64,000 nt of DNA from Auanema rhodensis. Its lineage: Eukaryota; Animalia; Nematoda. This document shows, piece by piece, positions 20,346 through 35,307 of this stretch; position 1 is the stretch's first letter; each line of letters starts with the position of its first letter. Below the pieces are notes generated by a model. The model saw nothing but the letters and a program-made list of their open reading frames with translations, did no database searches and was not told the origin of the DNA. The DNA lies in assembly GCA_964057225.1 (NCBI GenBank), contig OZ059895.1:15686001-15750000 (forward strand), written 5' to 3'. The position numbers and the translations under genes are program-made.

Positions 20346-20861
20346 GCCGCCTGTCAGTTAGCGCACGGCGACAATATTCTGGGTCATGCTGTCTTGTAAC
20401 GATAATATATATGATCATTTCTTGTATCGAAACACATATAATGTTTGAAAATGAATGCAATCGTTCTGTGCAGTCTTCAGAAGGCTACGAGATGCAACCA
20501 AAGTCGTCCGTTATACGTATAGCAATATGATGTTTGTAAATCTCGTGTTACTCTATGCATATATCTAATATAATTTATGCTACAAAAGTCTGTAAGACAT
20601 AAATTCAAAATATAACATAGGGGGAAAACTTTTAAAGCTAAAGAAAATATACCAGTAGGTAGCGGAAATGAAAATAGTACAGAAAGATTAGGGCGCCTGG
20701 CTAGGTATGTTTTGGAGAGAATTGCAAAATATAAATTTGAAAGATATGATCTAAAAAAAGAATAACACACAGAATAAAAATTTTCACAAATAGCTCACAT
20801 TATCGGAATGATGAGAAATGATAGAAAAAGAAATGTAAACTCTATTGTAATTGTCCTTTTA

Positions 20862-23800
20862 TTACAATGGTGGCTCTTTGACGGGAATTTTTCGAGTTGC
20901 AACCAGATCAATTTTAGAAGATGATGGATCTGAACAGATGAATAGAATAGCATTGCTTAAACACAGCATATAAACAACATTACCTTTTTTGATTATTAGC
21001 TCAACTTCACCAGAATGTTCTGTCTCGATGCCGTCCATGAATCCAGCAATTTTTACGAAATACCTTAAAGAAATATTAGAAATATGAATGAACATCTATT
21101 TATCTTACATCGATTCGAAATCTATTTTACCATATGGTACATTGACAGTATTATTCGAACGATTTATATCAAAAAATTGAACTTTTTCTTCGTTTTCACT
21201 ACCCACTTTACGTATATAGACAACCAAATCCTAGATAAAGTAGTATTCGTTAATATATTGAAAATGATTTATATGATTTGGAACCTTAAAATTATGTTCC
21301 AAAGGGAAATGAACGGTTAAAGTTCCATTATTCCAGATAGCTGTAATATTTGTGGATGTGGCTACAAATGTTGAAAATGGATATGGCTGAATGAGAAGAT
21401 CTACTTGAGCATGAAGATGAGTAAAAATACCTCAGACATAGGGCCCTCAGCAACAGAGTTTGAAGCGGAGATGACAAGATTGTACTTCAAGCCTTCTTCC
21501 AAACGCTCTATTACATGCTCCGTAAGAGTTCCGTTAATCTTAAAATAAGAAATGACATATACAATTCAAAAATCATAGTTAGTAGTACTTCGAAAATCTC
21601 TGCATCTTCTAATCGATCTTCATTTTTCATCAAATGGATTTTGTACATCTAAATAATAAATTAGAAAAATGATTGAATACGAGTATGAACAAGGTTACTT
21701 CGATATTCCCTAATGGATACTTAGGAGGATTCCAAGCGATTCTTACCCTTCTAGGCTCTTGCTCAGCAGACAAAATCTTGGGAGCATCAAAAGGCCCTTC
21801 AACACAACAGAATAAAATGATTATTCAAAGAAAGCTAACCTCCATTCGGTGTATTTACAGTAATTGATTCACTCTTTCCTCCCTCTCCCCATTCATTAAC
21901 AGCAGCAATTCGCAAGTCAAGCTGAACATTGAGAGGAATTTCGTTCTAGAAATAAATTATCAGGAATAAATTATAAGTATCATGAAATCTAGACAAACCT
22001 TAGCCCACAGAACGGGAGGACCAGGAACAACAGCATCAGATTGAGACAAATACAAATGATAACTCTGAATTAAGATCAAAACTAATCATATACATTGCAG
22101 AAATGTACATACCACATTGCCATTAGGATGTTTGCAATGATCCCAATCAATGAAAAGACGGCCTTCTTCAGTAAATTGCCAACGAATGTTGGTAGGAGCA
22201 TCTCCAGGTTCTGAATAACAAATTTGATACATAATTATGGTAATCCTTTAATACTTCTAATAATGACTGTAGTGTTTGCTTCAATTGTTTCAAACTTGTT
22301 AACTGCACGACAATGAACAGTTCGATTACTGACAGTAGATAGCTCGAAGACACCAGAAAACTAAAAACATGAAGCATTAGAAATTAGAATTATCTTTCAT
22401 AGTGTATTACTTCGTCACCATCCACTTCGATCCCTTCTTCACTAATCTGTATTTCTTGCCAATCATCCCAGAAATAATAGAGTTGAGGAGGTGGAGATCC
22501 CTAAAGATTTCACTGAATAAATGAGATTAAGAAAACAAGCTCACAGTTCCAAAACATTTCATTTGAACAGCTTCATTTGGTTCAGCAACATTTGGTATTT
22601 CAAGATCAACCGTACCTAATGATATAGTCAAAGGCAAATCTATAACAAATTAAATCAATAATTCATAAACAAAACTAAAGGAAGTTACATTTCTCATCAG
22701 AAATACACTGAAATGGTTCTGAAATTATTCCGGCTCCGTTGACAGAAACGGCTTGTAGCCGTATCAAGTGATTAACTGATGGCATGACAACAGGTAAATC
22801 AAAGCATGTCTCATTGCCATCCACTTCATTCTTTCTCCATTCACTCAACTCCTCAGAGGCATGCAGAGAGTCATATATGAGATATTTCTTAAATAATATC
22901 AAGAACTCAATTGAAATGTATGGAAACGGCTTACAGTAATTAAGCCATTTGGAAGCTTAGGTGGTACCCAACTGATATTCAAATGATTTTTAAATGGTAA
23001 AATAGTAACATTATACGGGGAACTTCCAGGACCTAAATGGGTTTAATAACTAACTCAACCAAAAGTTATAGAATCGTTAAACCTTGAATATGAATATCGA
23101 CACTTTTACTGGCATTACCCTCAGCATTGACAGCAAGGCATTCAAGCCGACCTCTTTCGGTTAAAGTATTTCTTGTTAATTGAGAACTGCAATCGCTAAT
23201 TGATCAATATGTTGATTAATAGAACAAACTCACGTTGTTGTTTTCTCAGTAGAATTCTGTTGAAGGGACCATCCGTTAACACCATGCTTGATTTCGTATT
23301 CTTCGTTCCATTTCCAATAGACAATTGGAGCAGGTGTACCTTCAGCTTTGCAATGAACAACTAACTTTTCAGCTAAATTTGGCTCTGCAATGATTGTTTC
23401 TCCTTCAAGTATTTCAGCTTTTGTCTTCAGTTCTGAAAGCAAATTTAAATAATTTTGATCGCTTGTATCTCACATACTTCCACGTCCCGTCCTTACGTAT
23501 ATGGGCTTAGAAGCTTGAACAAGTCTCGAAGGATTATCCAATTGAACTGTTATTCTAATCCAATACATCTTATTCGGAAGTAGATGATGACCATCCAAAG
23601 AAAGCGACACCTGAAAATGCATATTTTGATCATTTGAAACCACTTCTTCTTACCGTCATTGTTACATCATCCACAGTCTTAGAATCAACTGTAATAGTTT
23701 GCCATTTTCCAGGAACAATTTGTTCACTTTCTAACATTTCAACCTTATAGTTCTAAACAGGAAATCGTGAAAAAGGAAGCTGATTACAAATATAAACCTG

Positions 23801-26800
23801 AATGGCAGTAGTATGATCATCGGGATCTCGAACAGCAGGAAAAGTGATATGCAAAGTATTATCTTCTTCAACGGTTGCCACAACATCAGTAGGAATAGGT
23901 AAAGCTGAAAGTGATGAAATAAACATTAATCAAACTCAATAAGCTCATACATGACAAGGCGGTTTCAAACTCGATCGTTTGGCTGACTGGCCCTTCAGCT
24001 ACATCATTTCTGGCAGCAACACGAACACGATAAAACGTTTTTGGTTTCAATCCCAAATGATAATCCATTTTCAATCTTTAAAGAATAATATGCACTTAAA
24101 CGTTATATAATGCTAACCTATTAGAATCTGACGGAACTTCAACTGTTTGCCATTCCTTATAATCATCATTAGATTGACCCAAATCACGCGTGAAATATAT
24201 AGAGAAAGCCTGCGCACAACATTAAACTATGTTTTTTATAATTCGATGATTCAGTACCTGAACAGGTGTGGTGCAATTGGGAGGCGACCAGCTTAGCACA
24301 GCTGTATTAGCTTCATCTATATCAACTCTGACTTCACTAGGCGTTGCTTCAGGTCCTGCAAAATATAAAATGACAAAGTAGAACTTGCTTAAAGTGCATA
24401 CCGCCATTTGGTGTAACGAAAGAGACTGGCGCGGACAACGGTCCTCTTCCAGCTTTATTAAATGCTCGTACTCGAATTTGATACATTGTAGAAGGTTTCA
24501 ATTCTTCACTAGCAATTGACAATCTATCATCATAACGTTGACACAAATATTTCTACTACTTTGAGAACAAACCTCTTAATAGGTAGACCAGCACGATTAG
24601 AAGCTTCAAACATCACAGGCTCTTCAACGTTTTCAACGGTAGAATCAATAAGAAAAACTTCATAATGCTAAAGCATGCTAAGTGAAAAAAATGAAAAACT
24701 ATGAAAGCTAACTAATATCGGTTGATTTGGATATAGAGGCTCTTCCCAAACAACTACAATATCCTTTGAATCAATTGACAAAATTTGTAAATTACGAGGA
24801 GGATCGCCTGGCTCTACAGAAATAATAAAATAAAACAATTTTGAAATAATAAACCTACTGTCAACTATAAAATGCACTGATGATGAATTAACGCCTGCTG
24901 AATTTTTGGCTCGACAGTGTAGATGTTTGGAAGAAATTAGTGAAACGTCAATAGTTGCCATAACTTGATCGGAAATGATACCATACTGTAAGGGATACCA
25001 AACATCATCCTGAATTCAAAAACATAGAAAATAAATTCAGAAGAGAGACATACTTCAATTACAGATGGATCATCGTGATCAGAAAGAGCGAATTGCAGAG
25101 TAGGCCGAGGGATTCCTTTCGCCAAACAAGAAACGGTTATCTGAAACAGAAATCGATAAATAAAACAGTAGAGATGATAGAAAATAACATTTTGGCCTGG
25201 CTCCAGCTCATGAGGGCTTTCGGTTGATAATGACACAGCAATGGGAATGGCTGAAATGAAATATGCTCCCTATGGTTTGCTTCGTGAATCTTACTATCGC
25301 TTTCTATAGCAACTACATCGGATATTATACCAGGCCCTAAATCAGAAGCTGCTTGAACACGAACATAGAAGACATCACTTCCTTCGGAAAAAATTCTACG
25401 AAGCCCATTAATAATATCTAGAGTTCGAGAAACTTACTTGACTTTCCTCTCAGTTCCATCTAAATCTATTTTATGCCAATCAGAAAGCGGCTCATCTTTA
25501 TTTAATGAATGATAAACAACATATTTCTGAAATTAATTTTAAATATCAAAATATGTATTTGTAATTACCTTAATATCCCCATTGGGATGTGAAGGTGGCT
25601 GCCAGCTAACAGTATAAGAGCCTTTATCAACTGAGAGCACAATGGATGACGGAGGACTACCAGGACCGCGAATACGAATTTCAACCTGTTTCTCTACCGA
25701 ACCCGCAGAATTGCTCGCAACACATGTCAAATGATCAGATCTCGTTCTGCAAAATTGGAACTCAATCAGTATAGCTGTGATAGCTTATTCAAGAGAATAT
25801 TTGGGAGAATTCAACAATTCAAAAGCTAACCTAGATTTGGCTATAATGACTGAAGTGGTTTTCAAACCATGAACGACCGATGTCACTGTGTAAAATGAAT
25901 GATCAAGATGCAATGATTCACCTAAAACATTGAAATTGCACTAGACGAAAGATTAGTAAAAGAAACCATTAATAGTCCACTGTATTGTTCCTGGAGTAGG
26001 ATGAGACTTTGATACGCATGTCGCCTTTGCTGATGTTGTTATATCAGGATCTAATTCTAACACCGGATGAGGATTCAATTCAATTGTGGGTAATTCCGCT
26101 AAATAACGTGAGTCAAAGTACTGTTTTCGATATTGCTATTCATACCACTATCTTCTGTACTGAAATGAATTTCTCTGGATGGGTTGCCTTGAACAGCTTC
26201 CCCAGTAGCATACAATCTTGCAGCATATGTTCTATTACTTGATAATCCTGCAAAAAATTATCATTTGTTACGAAAGCCGCTACTCTATTTGATACCCTCA
26301 AGAAGGAAACGGCTGCTATTATCAGAAATAAACTGAACTTCTTTCCATTCACTTTCATCAGTAACCCGATATTGCAATGTATAATTCTTAAAATAAATTA
26401 TATTGAGGCGGAAGTAGAATATCGCACTAACCGTTATTAATGGCACATCTTCAGCTGGAACAAATTGAATAATTACACTACTATTAATCAAAACATTGGA
26501 GGATTTGATGACAGGAGCTTTATAAGCTGCAAAACAAAAATTACAATATACCCAAGAAACTCTACAAATAAAACCGGCTGATTTCGTATTGAGTTGAACA
26601 ATATCCGAAGGTAAGCCTTCTACTTCGTTTACAAAAACCGTTGCAATTAGGCGATATAGAGTATTTGCACGAATGCCATACTCAATTTCTGAAGTTGAAT
26701 TATTTTATTTGAATTATTTTGTTTATTGAAAGCTATACTTCGTATCCTGAAATCCAAGTTGGGATTTGAATCTAAAACTTCAATTTGCTTCCAACCGCGT

Positions 26801-27713
26801 TTATAATCCGCCACTGATAATGAAATGTTGTCAGTGAAATATATACTATACCCCTAAACAACTTCTTCAATGAAATAAACAATAATTGTGAAAACACTAA
26901 CGGTAATTCTTCCTTGCGCTTCATTTTCTTCAAATCCTACAAGTTTTAATTCCACATGAATTGTCAATGAGCTGTCTACAGAAGCATTCAGTATAACCTG
27001 TGATTTATCTGGAAAAAAACTTATTATAGTTAATTCATAATAATAAATGTTCATGAACAGCCGAATGATCAACCATCAAATTAGAAAATGAGTCTTACAC
27101 GTGAACCTCCCACGTGAATTTCGCACGTGGCCGTTGCACGTGAGTGATTATTATTACCGATATCGATTGACTAGTAAACAACATGAGTAAGTAAGCACTT
27201 AAAGTGTTATAACTATTTTCCGTTTTCAAATGTCGTTGTTGCACTGTTTTATATTATTATATATTGTGAGAGAAAGAGAAGTCTTTGTGTCGAAATGTAT
27301 AAAGCAACATTACGAAGTTGCAAAAGTTTAGAAAAATGCTTTTGAGATGACAGTAGCTTGCTAAGACCAAAATATAAGAAGAATTTGGTGTAGACAACTG
27401 ACGGATATTTGAAGTTATTTCGCAAGTGCTTTTGCTTTTTTGTTTCCAAATGACCTTTTTTTCACATTTCTGATAATTTTAGTAACACAATCTTATCTTG
27501 ATGATCTAATTTTAAAATAAAATTGTTTTAATATACTTAATTTATAATTATTTGGTAATTATGTAAGTAGAATGTTTTCAACAAATTGAAATTGAAATTG
27601 AAAATAAGAATGAGAATGAGAATGCAAATTTCATTTGACCTACCAGTATGAGCGTGTATAACACATAGATAAGCTATCCGAAGCAGTAGAAATAGGAGAA
27701 TGCGAGAAGACAT
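20862..27713 (-). CDS. Large secreted Ig/fibronectin type III protein (~10 FN3 + 4 Ig), resembling the DIG-1 N-terminus or C27B7.7
   Basis: Signal peptide MSSRILLFLLLRIAYLCVIHA. Repeated FN3 motifs (VSWQPPSHPNG, LKPSTMYQIRVRAFNKAGRGPLS, LKPKTFYRVRVAARNDVAEGPVS) and Ig motifs (CLAKGIPRP, CKAEGTPAP, CVASNSAG, CRAKNSAG). No TM helix seen. Confidence 0.85.
27098..27142. promoter_or_regulatory. Array of four CACGTG E-boxes with 13-bp period in intron 1 of the Ig/FN3 gene
   Basis: CACGTG starts at 27098, 27111, 27124 and 27137; the spacers differ from each other. Confidence 0.7.
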
Positions 27714-29293
27714 TCTGGAAATGTTATACATAGTGAGCATGATGGCTTGAAGTTAAGAAAACGAAGATAATATGAAAACTGTGAAGAGGAATGCTGGTTA
27801 AGTTGCTTTACACAGAGTTCAACTTTTTGGAAGCTCAAACGATTACATGTCATCTTGACAGGAAAAGACAAAAAGGAGGGAGAGATAGAGAGGTAAAAAA
27901 TAAGAAAGAGAATTGGATAGAGGTTAAAGGGGACAAAAAGTGTATAAACGAAGTGACAAAGCTCATTGAACGATGAAATCAGACTTTCGTTCTGGCTCTG
28001 TCTTAGTTGCTTCATCGTATTCGTCCAGGCAACCTCTCACATTCTATCCTCTTCGCTTCGTCCCTCCCTCCCTTCTCTATTCACTTTATCTTCTTCCAAG
28101 CATATGTTTGTGGCTCAGGTGACCAAATGAGTTATTACCCTTCCAAACTATCACCTCCCCTCCTCCACAGCGTTTTCTGCTCTCTTTTTAACGGAATATC
28201 AATATATCTATCTATTTCTTGGCTCCAAGTACTGAACTGATTTCTAGAAATCCTTTGCAACCAATTGATCATCACATAAAAGGAATGACAAAACTACTTC
28301 TCCTCTTTTACATAAGTTGTGACATTGCGAGAAACCACTTTCCTATTTCAAACAGTAAACAAAAGTTGAACATTAACGATCAAAGTTCATCTGAATGTCA
28401 TCATAACCACAAAATTTGTAAAATGTTCACGGAAAATAACATACAATATAGATCTCATGACTTGCTAAAGCGCAATAAAAATTATTTCAAGAACAACTTG
28501 AATTAAACATGTTTCAAAGACCTTTTTTCATTTTATTTTAAAACGTATTTATTGGCATTTCGAATAACTTTGAAAAAAAAAGAACTTAAACGAATAGACA
28601 TAGACATAGAGCATACAACTTGATAACCAAAATGAAATGTTAAATGTTGAAATTGTAGAGCAATGGCTATTGCTCGTTTACACGGATGTATGAAATGCCT
28701 GTCATTATCTTGACAACCGAAGACGAGCTCAGCTGATTTACAGCTGTTTTCCTTACTCACGTCGTGTAGTCAGCTGGGAATATGTGAAACGAAACAGCGA
28801 AAATCTGACGTCAGATGATAAATATTCGTAGGGCAGATGATCACGAAGACGATAAAGCAAACTCTTGATAAATTTTGATAGCTTCCAGCAGTAATGCTGT
28901 AAAACCCATGTGCTCATTTACTGTGTGTGTTGTGTTATTGCTTGCTAAACGTATTCAAAGCTTATATTTCATTCAAACTTCAGACGTTCTTTGATATTTG
29001 AGTGAAAAAAAGTTCTCGTATTCTATTAGATACATGCAAGGAGCAGAAGAAATGTGAGTTCAGTTGTGTTGGGTGTGAAGATGTGCGCATGCATGAGAAT
29101 AAGTACATGTTTCGTTAGTTAATGATATTATATATTATAAACTATTATATATGTATAGAAATATATATCATATAATTATTATAATCTTAACTAAAGAATG
29201 ATGTTCTGTGAATATGTGTATATATATGTGTGTGAGGAAGTGCGTGTGTGTGTGTGTGTGTATGTGTGTGTGTGTTTCTCATCTCATATGTGG

Positions 29294-30078
29294 CTACTGT
29301 TTGCTACGACGTAACAGTAACATTGCTAATCTTCGAAAATCATTCATCGGAGCCTAAACGTTCAAAAAAATATTTAATAATATATACTAACATTTTAATG
29401 TAGAATTAGTTTTCGGCTTCGTTTTACCTTGTTCAGCTTTTCCATAAGACCACGAGGAGGTTTCATGGCTGGTGGTCCAATTTTCTTAGCACGTTGAGAA
29501 ATTCGTGTCCTTTTGCTGGGCACAACAGGTGGTACAGGTCCACTAAAAATCATTTTGTTATACATCGGATCAGTCAAACCAAAGTGTCATGCTCTTTCTG
29601 TTTTCTTACTGTGATTTTCTCTTGCTAGGCTTTGATGGCAAGTGATGAACAGAGGATAATGGTTTTCGATGAATTATCGTTGTTTTTCGAGGTCTAGAGG
29701 CTGATCGAACTATAATATGACCTGCAATAATAATTAATTAATAAGAAGAGTAAAGAACATAGTGGAATGCCAGTTCGTTGTGTGGTTACATGATTCGAAA
29801 TGACATTAATACCGTCAGGTGTATTGCGATTAATTTAAGATTATGCTAATTTATTGTTTTGTTTTATTATGCAAATTATGTGAAGAACATACTGCTTTTG
29901 TTTGTTGTTGAATGTCCGTGAAGTAACTGTGGATGAGATCTTTAATTGATTAAAATCACAATTAAATATTTAAAACGAAAGCTATATACTTGGATTTAGA
30001 CGAGCGATGCTGCCTTAACGTATCCGATAAGGAAACTGTGACACAAATGAACAGCATAATAAGCGTATGCAGCCTCAT
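29294..30078 (-). CDS. Small secreted, highly basic His/Pro/Ser-rich protein (~140 aa, 5 exons), unknown function
   Basis: Five exons with short GT-AG introns splice in frame: MRLHTLIMLFICVTVSLS-DTLRQHRSSKSKSHPQ...KPPRGLMEKLNKAPMNDFRRLAMLLLRRSKQ*. Confidence 0.7.
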
Positions 30079-31854
30079 GTTTCTGTAAATATAATTCAAT
30101 TAATCTACAAGAAATAGCATAACAACAAGAGATTTCAAAGTAAAAATACTATTTGATGTACATGTAGAGGAAAAATGGTTAACGAGTCATCATATAAGTG
30201 GCATGTAGTAACGTTTAAATACATCAGCCGTTAACACATCTGACGAAAGGGCGGACGAAGTTCATGCGGTGGAAAAAAAATAGTTATTTTCCTATATTGA
30301 AAGGTTTAACAAATAACAAATACAGCGAATGTTTTGACAAATTTAACTACTTCTTGACCTCATCATGACCGAATGATGTCTAGACAATTATCAGTGATTT
30401 ATGTTGTATATTATTAGAATGAGACATACTATTTAGATGCACAGAAGGGAAGTATTGACCTTGTTAAATTAGCTAAAATCGACAATTCGGAAGAAAAAAT
30501 TATTCAGAATAGTGGGGGCACAACAAACAAATGGAATGAATCAGAAAATATTGTAAATTAAAAACTTGCATATACAAACATACAAAATGAAAATGGGTTT
30601 ACGAGCCTTTTTGAGTTAAAAAAAATAGAAAAAAGCAATAGACCTTGACTAAAAAACTCAAAAGGATAAGCCTATTGATGAGGTTAATTAAAAGATCATA
30701 GAAAGTAGAATGACAAGCAAAAGAACGTGAAGGCACTACGGGATATCATGATAATGAGTAGAACAAGAAGTATATACCGATTTGATGTAAGAACAAGTTA
30801 TAGTTTGAAGATGACCGCGGCTGACAATCATATCTTTTGACAATCAGTAGTAAAAGTGAAAAAGCGGGTTTGAAACTTTAACTTGCAACTTATAATCCAC
30901 TTAATCATTAAATGAGAGCTAAAGCAATAAATTATTAGTTTTCGGAATTGAAAGAGAAAAGAGAACATGTCGCGCAGTTTCTTTTAGAATCACAGTTTAC
31001 TACGAGATATACCGATTTGATGCATGCCATGCATATCCTCATTCAGTTATGAGTTGCAAATTATTTTAAATATATAGAATACCTTATAAGTACAGGAAAT
31101 CAACGTGTTGCTTGGCTTAACGATGAAAGCTAAGCTGCTGCAAAAACTGAGGGAATGAGGCACGAATGAACTAACCGCCAGATGCGCTTTAATAAATATG
31201 ACGCCTAGCCACTTATAAGCTAGTATAACATTGATCACACCAAGCTTTTCACACGAAAGACAGGATATTTTGTTTTATCGTTCAGATAAGGGGCTAAAAA
31301 GCCGGGATTCAGATCTGATTATGAAGATATAACCAATTGGATCTTACTATCAGCGTCATCATCACATGCGAGTATGAAATCAATCTGTTCTTGTTTTACA
31401 AGTTTCATGTAATTGTTCTGCAACTCTTGAACCATTTAGGGTCATTGGGTCGGTCGACTTGTTCGAACACGCCGTCAAATGAAACAGTAGAAGCCTCATC
31501 CTCATGTAGAGTACTCAGTACATCAGCTACAACTAAATTATGAGTGTTTCTAAGCCTTATTCATAAGATATGAAAATTGGCAATATTATAAACGTGAAAT
31601 CAATGAAAATCATATAGATATAGTACAAAAATACTGAAACTTTATTGATAAACTTTTTTTCAAATACACTAGATAAATATATTAAAACTTTCCAAGTTCT
31701 CCCTATATTGCACATAATGATCACAGTGAAGAGACAGAGCAGAGAAAAACAAAATGCTAGGCGAATGCAAAAATAAGGGAGAATTTTAAGAGCAAAAGCT
31801 CAAACAGGGATATATGAAGATGAATGTATGCATGCGCTTATCCAAAGAAACTTA

Positions 31855-33523
<1,669 letters not shown>

Positions 33524-34135
33524 TTCTTAATAAGAAAACGAATATAGTAACAAAACGAATAAGGAATACTGAACAGATGCTAAAGAGATGACGAGAACTG
33601 GCTTAGATATTATCGTCGAAAAGAGATTCGAGTTCTATTTTGAGGGGAAGATTATATGAAGGGACACACGAGAAAGAGGAGATATCGTCAACCTACCAAA
33701 TATCGAAGAGAGTTAAGAGAACAAGGATATTGGAAATATATGACGATGAAAACGATTAAAGCGACCTGGACGCGTGGCGTATGCATGCTTGCCACGTTCG
33801 ACATACAGAGCTATCAACTATGTACACATGGTGTAAAAGCAATATGGAATTCCTGTCCTACTCGTATACATTGAACTGTTAATCTATCACAATCTTTATG
33901 CAAAAAAACTTTAATAACTGAAGATATTTTACAAAGGGTAGGGAAAACTAATAATAGTTTAAGTACAATAAGAAGAAACGAAGTTGACTCATTTTTATAA
34001 CACATAAATCCGTAGATGTGAAGAACCGTGGGTTTTTTTTACAATTTTTAAGTTACTTCAGTTTTAGTGTCTATTTAAAATGTGAAATGGAATACGAACA
34101 CAGATAAGAACTAGATGAAAATTGGTTGAAAATAT

Positions 34136-34806
34136 TCATGGGCAATCACTTGGCCTCTTCTCTGCGTACTTTTTCGTGTAATCCTCGGCAGTCTTATTAA
34201 ATTTCTTAGGGTCCTTCGTATACTCCTCAGCTAAATCAGCCCGTAAAGCGTGCTCAGGTTCAGGTTCATTAATCAGTCCCAAGATGGCCATCAAGACTTG
34301 AAATGAACAATGTAAGAAGAATGCTTATATGTTGTTCTTACCTTGTTCAGTACGGGTGGCTGGCTTCCAGTTTTCAGGAGTAATAATAGATAAACAGAAC
34401 TGAGGTGTAATTATACATATAAATAATGCAAAATATTAATCTTACTTTTCCATCCTCATCAATATTTGGGTGGTAAATCTTAGTGGCAAATAAGATTTTT
34501 GGTGGTTTGAATGGGTAATCGGCAGGGAAATCAATGTTGATTTTAAAAGCCCCCTTATTATAAGGTTCTTTATCCTATAAATTATTTGCATTATTGCAGG
34601 TAATGTTATATAGGGAGGAAAATCAATAACTTACGGGAACAAGGAGAATAGTCCAATGCAATAGGCTGCTCTCATCATATTCAACATGATCATACTGTTT
34701 AATTCCACATGACTTAATGTCTCCAAGTTCCTATAAGTGAATTAAAACCATTTAAAACTTATGAACATATGAATAAAGACACCTTTTGAAGCCTTCTGGT
34801 AGCCAT
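34136..34806 (-). CDS. ubc-18: Ubiquitin-conjugating enzyme E2, UBE2L3/UbcH7 type
   Basis: [13 protein letters not shown]; [23 protein letters not shown]; [14 protein letters not shown] (active-site Cys); [12 protein letters not shown]; [16 protein letters not shown]. Confidence 0.95.
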
Positions 34807-35307
34807 AATACCGAGATTTGATACCTGTAAACAAATTTCAATTAAAATACGAATTATAAACTGGAACTGAACAAAAAAAATAGACTTTCAAAGATATCAC
34901 GATTCCAAAAAAGAGAAAAACTTATCATACTAACAGTAATCTATTCCAAAAACAAAAAAGTGATAAGAAACAAAATCAACACTCAAGATCAGGTATGTGT
35001 AAGCAATTTAAGTGTGATAATATATTTAATTTCGAAAAAATTTAATGACCAAAGTCATAAATAATCAAATTTCCAAATATATAAAAATATAAGAATTATG
35101 TACATAACCAGCGCAATCAAACAACCGAGCAATCGAAAGAAACATCAAAAATAAGCCATAAGACGTGAAAACGAAAATTGAAGTGTGGAATCAGAATGCG
35201 CGCGAACTTAAAGATATTTATTTTTTTTATTTTAACATCAAAAGTATCTTTACAACTTGAAGCTATAAATCTATTTTGTTTTATTGTTCTTAAAGCTTAC
35301 AGAAAGA

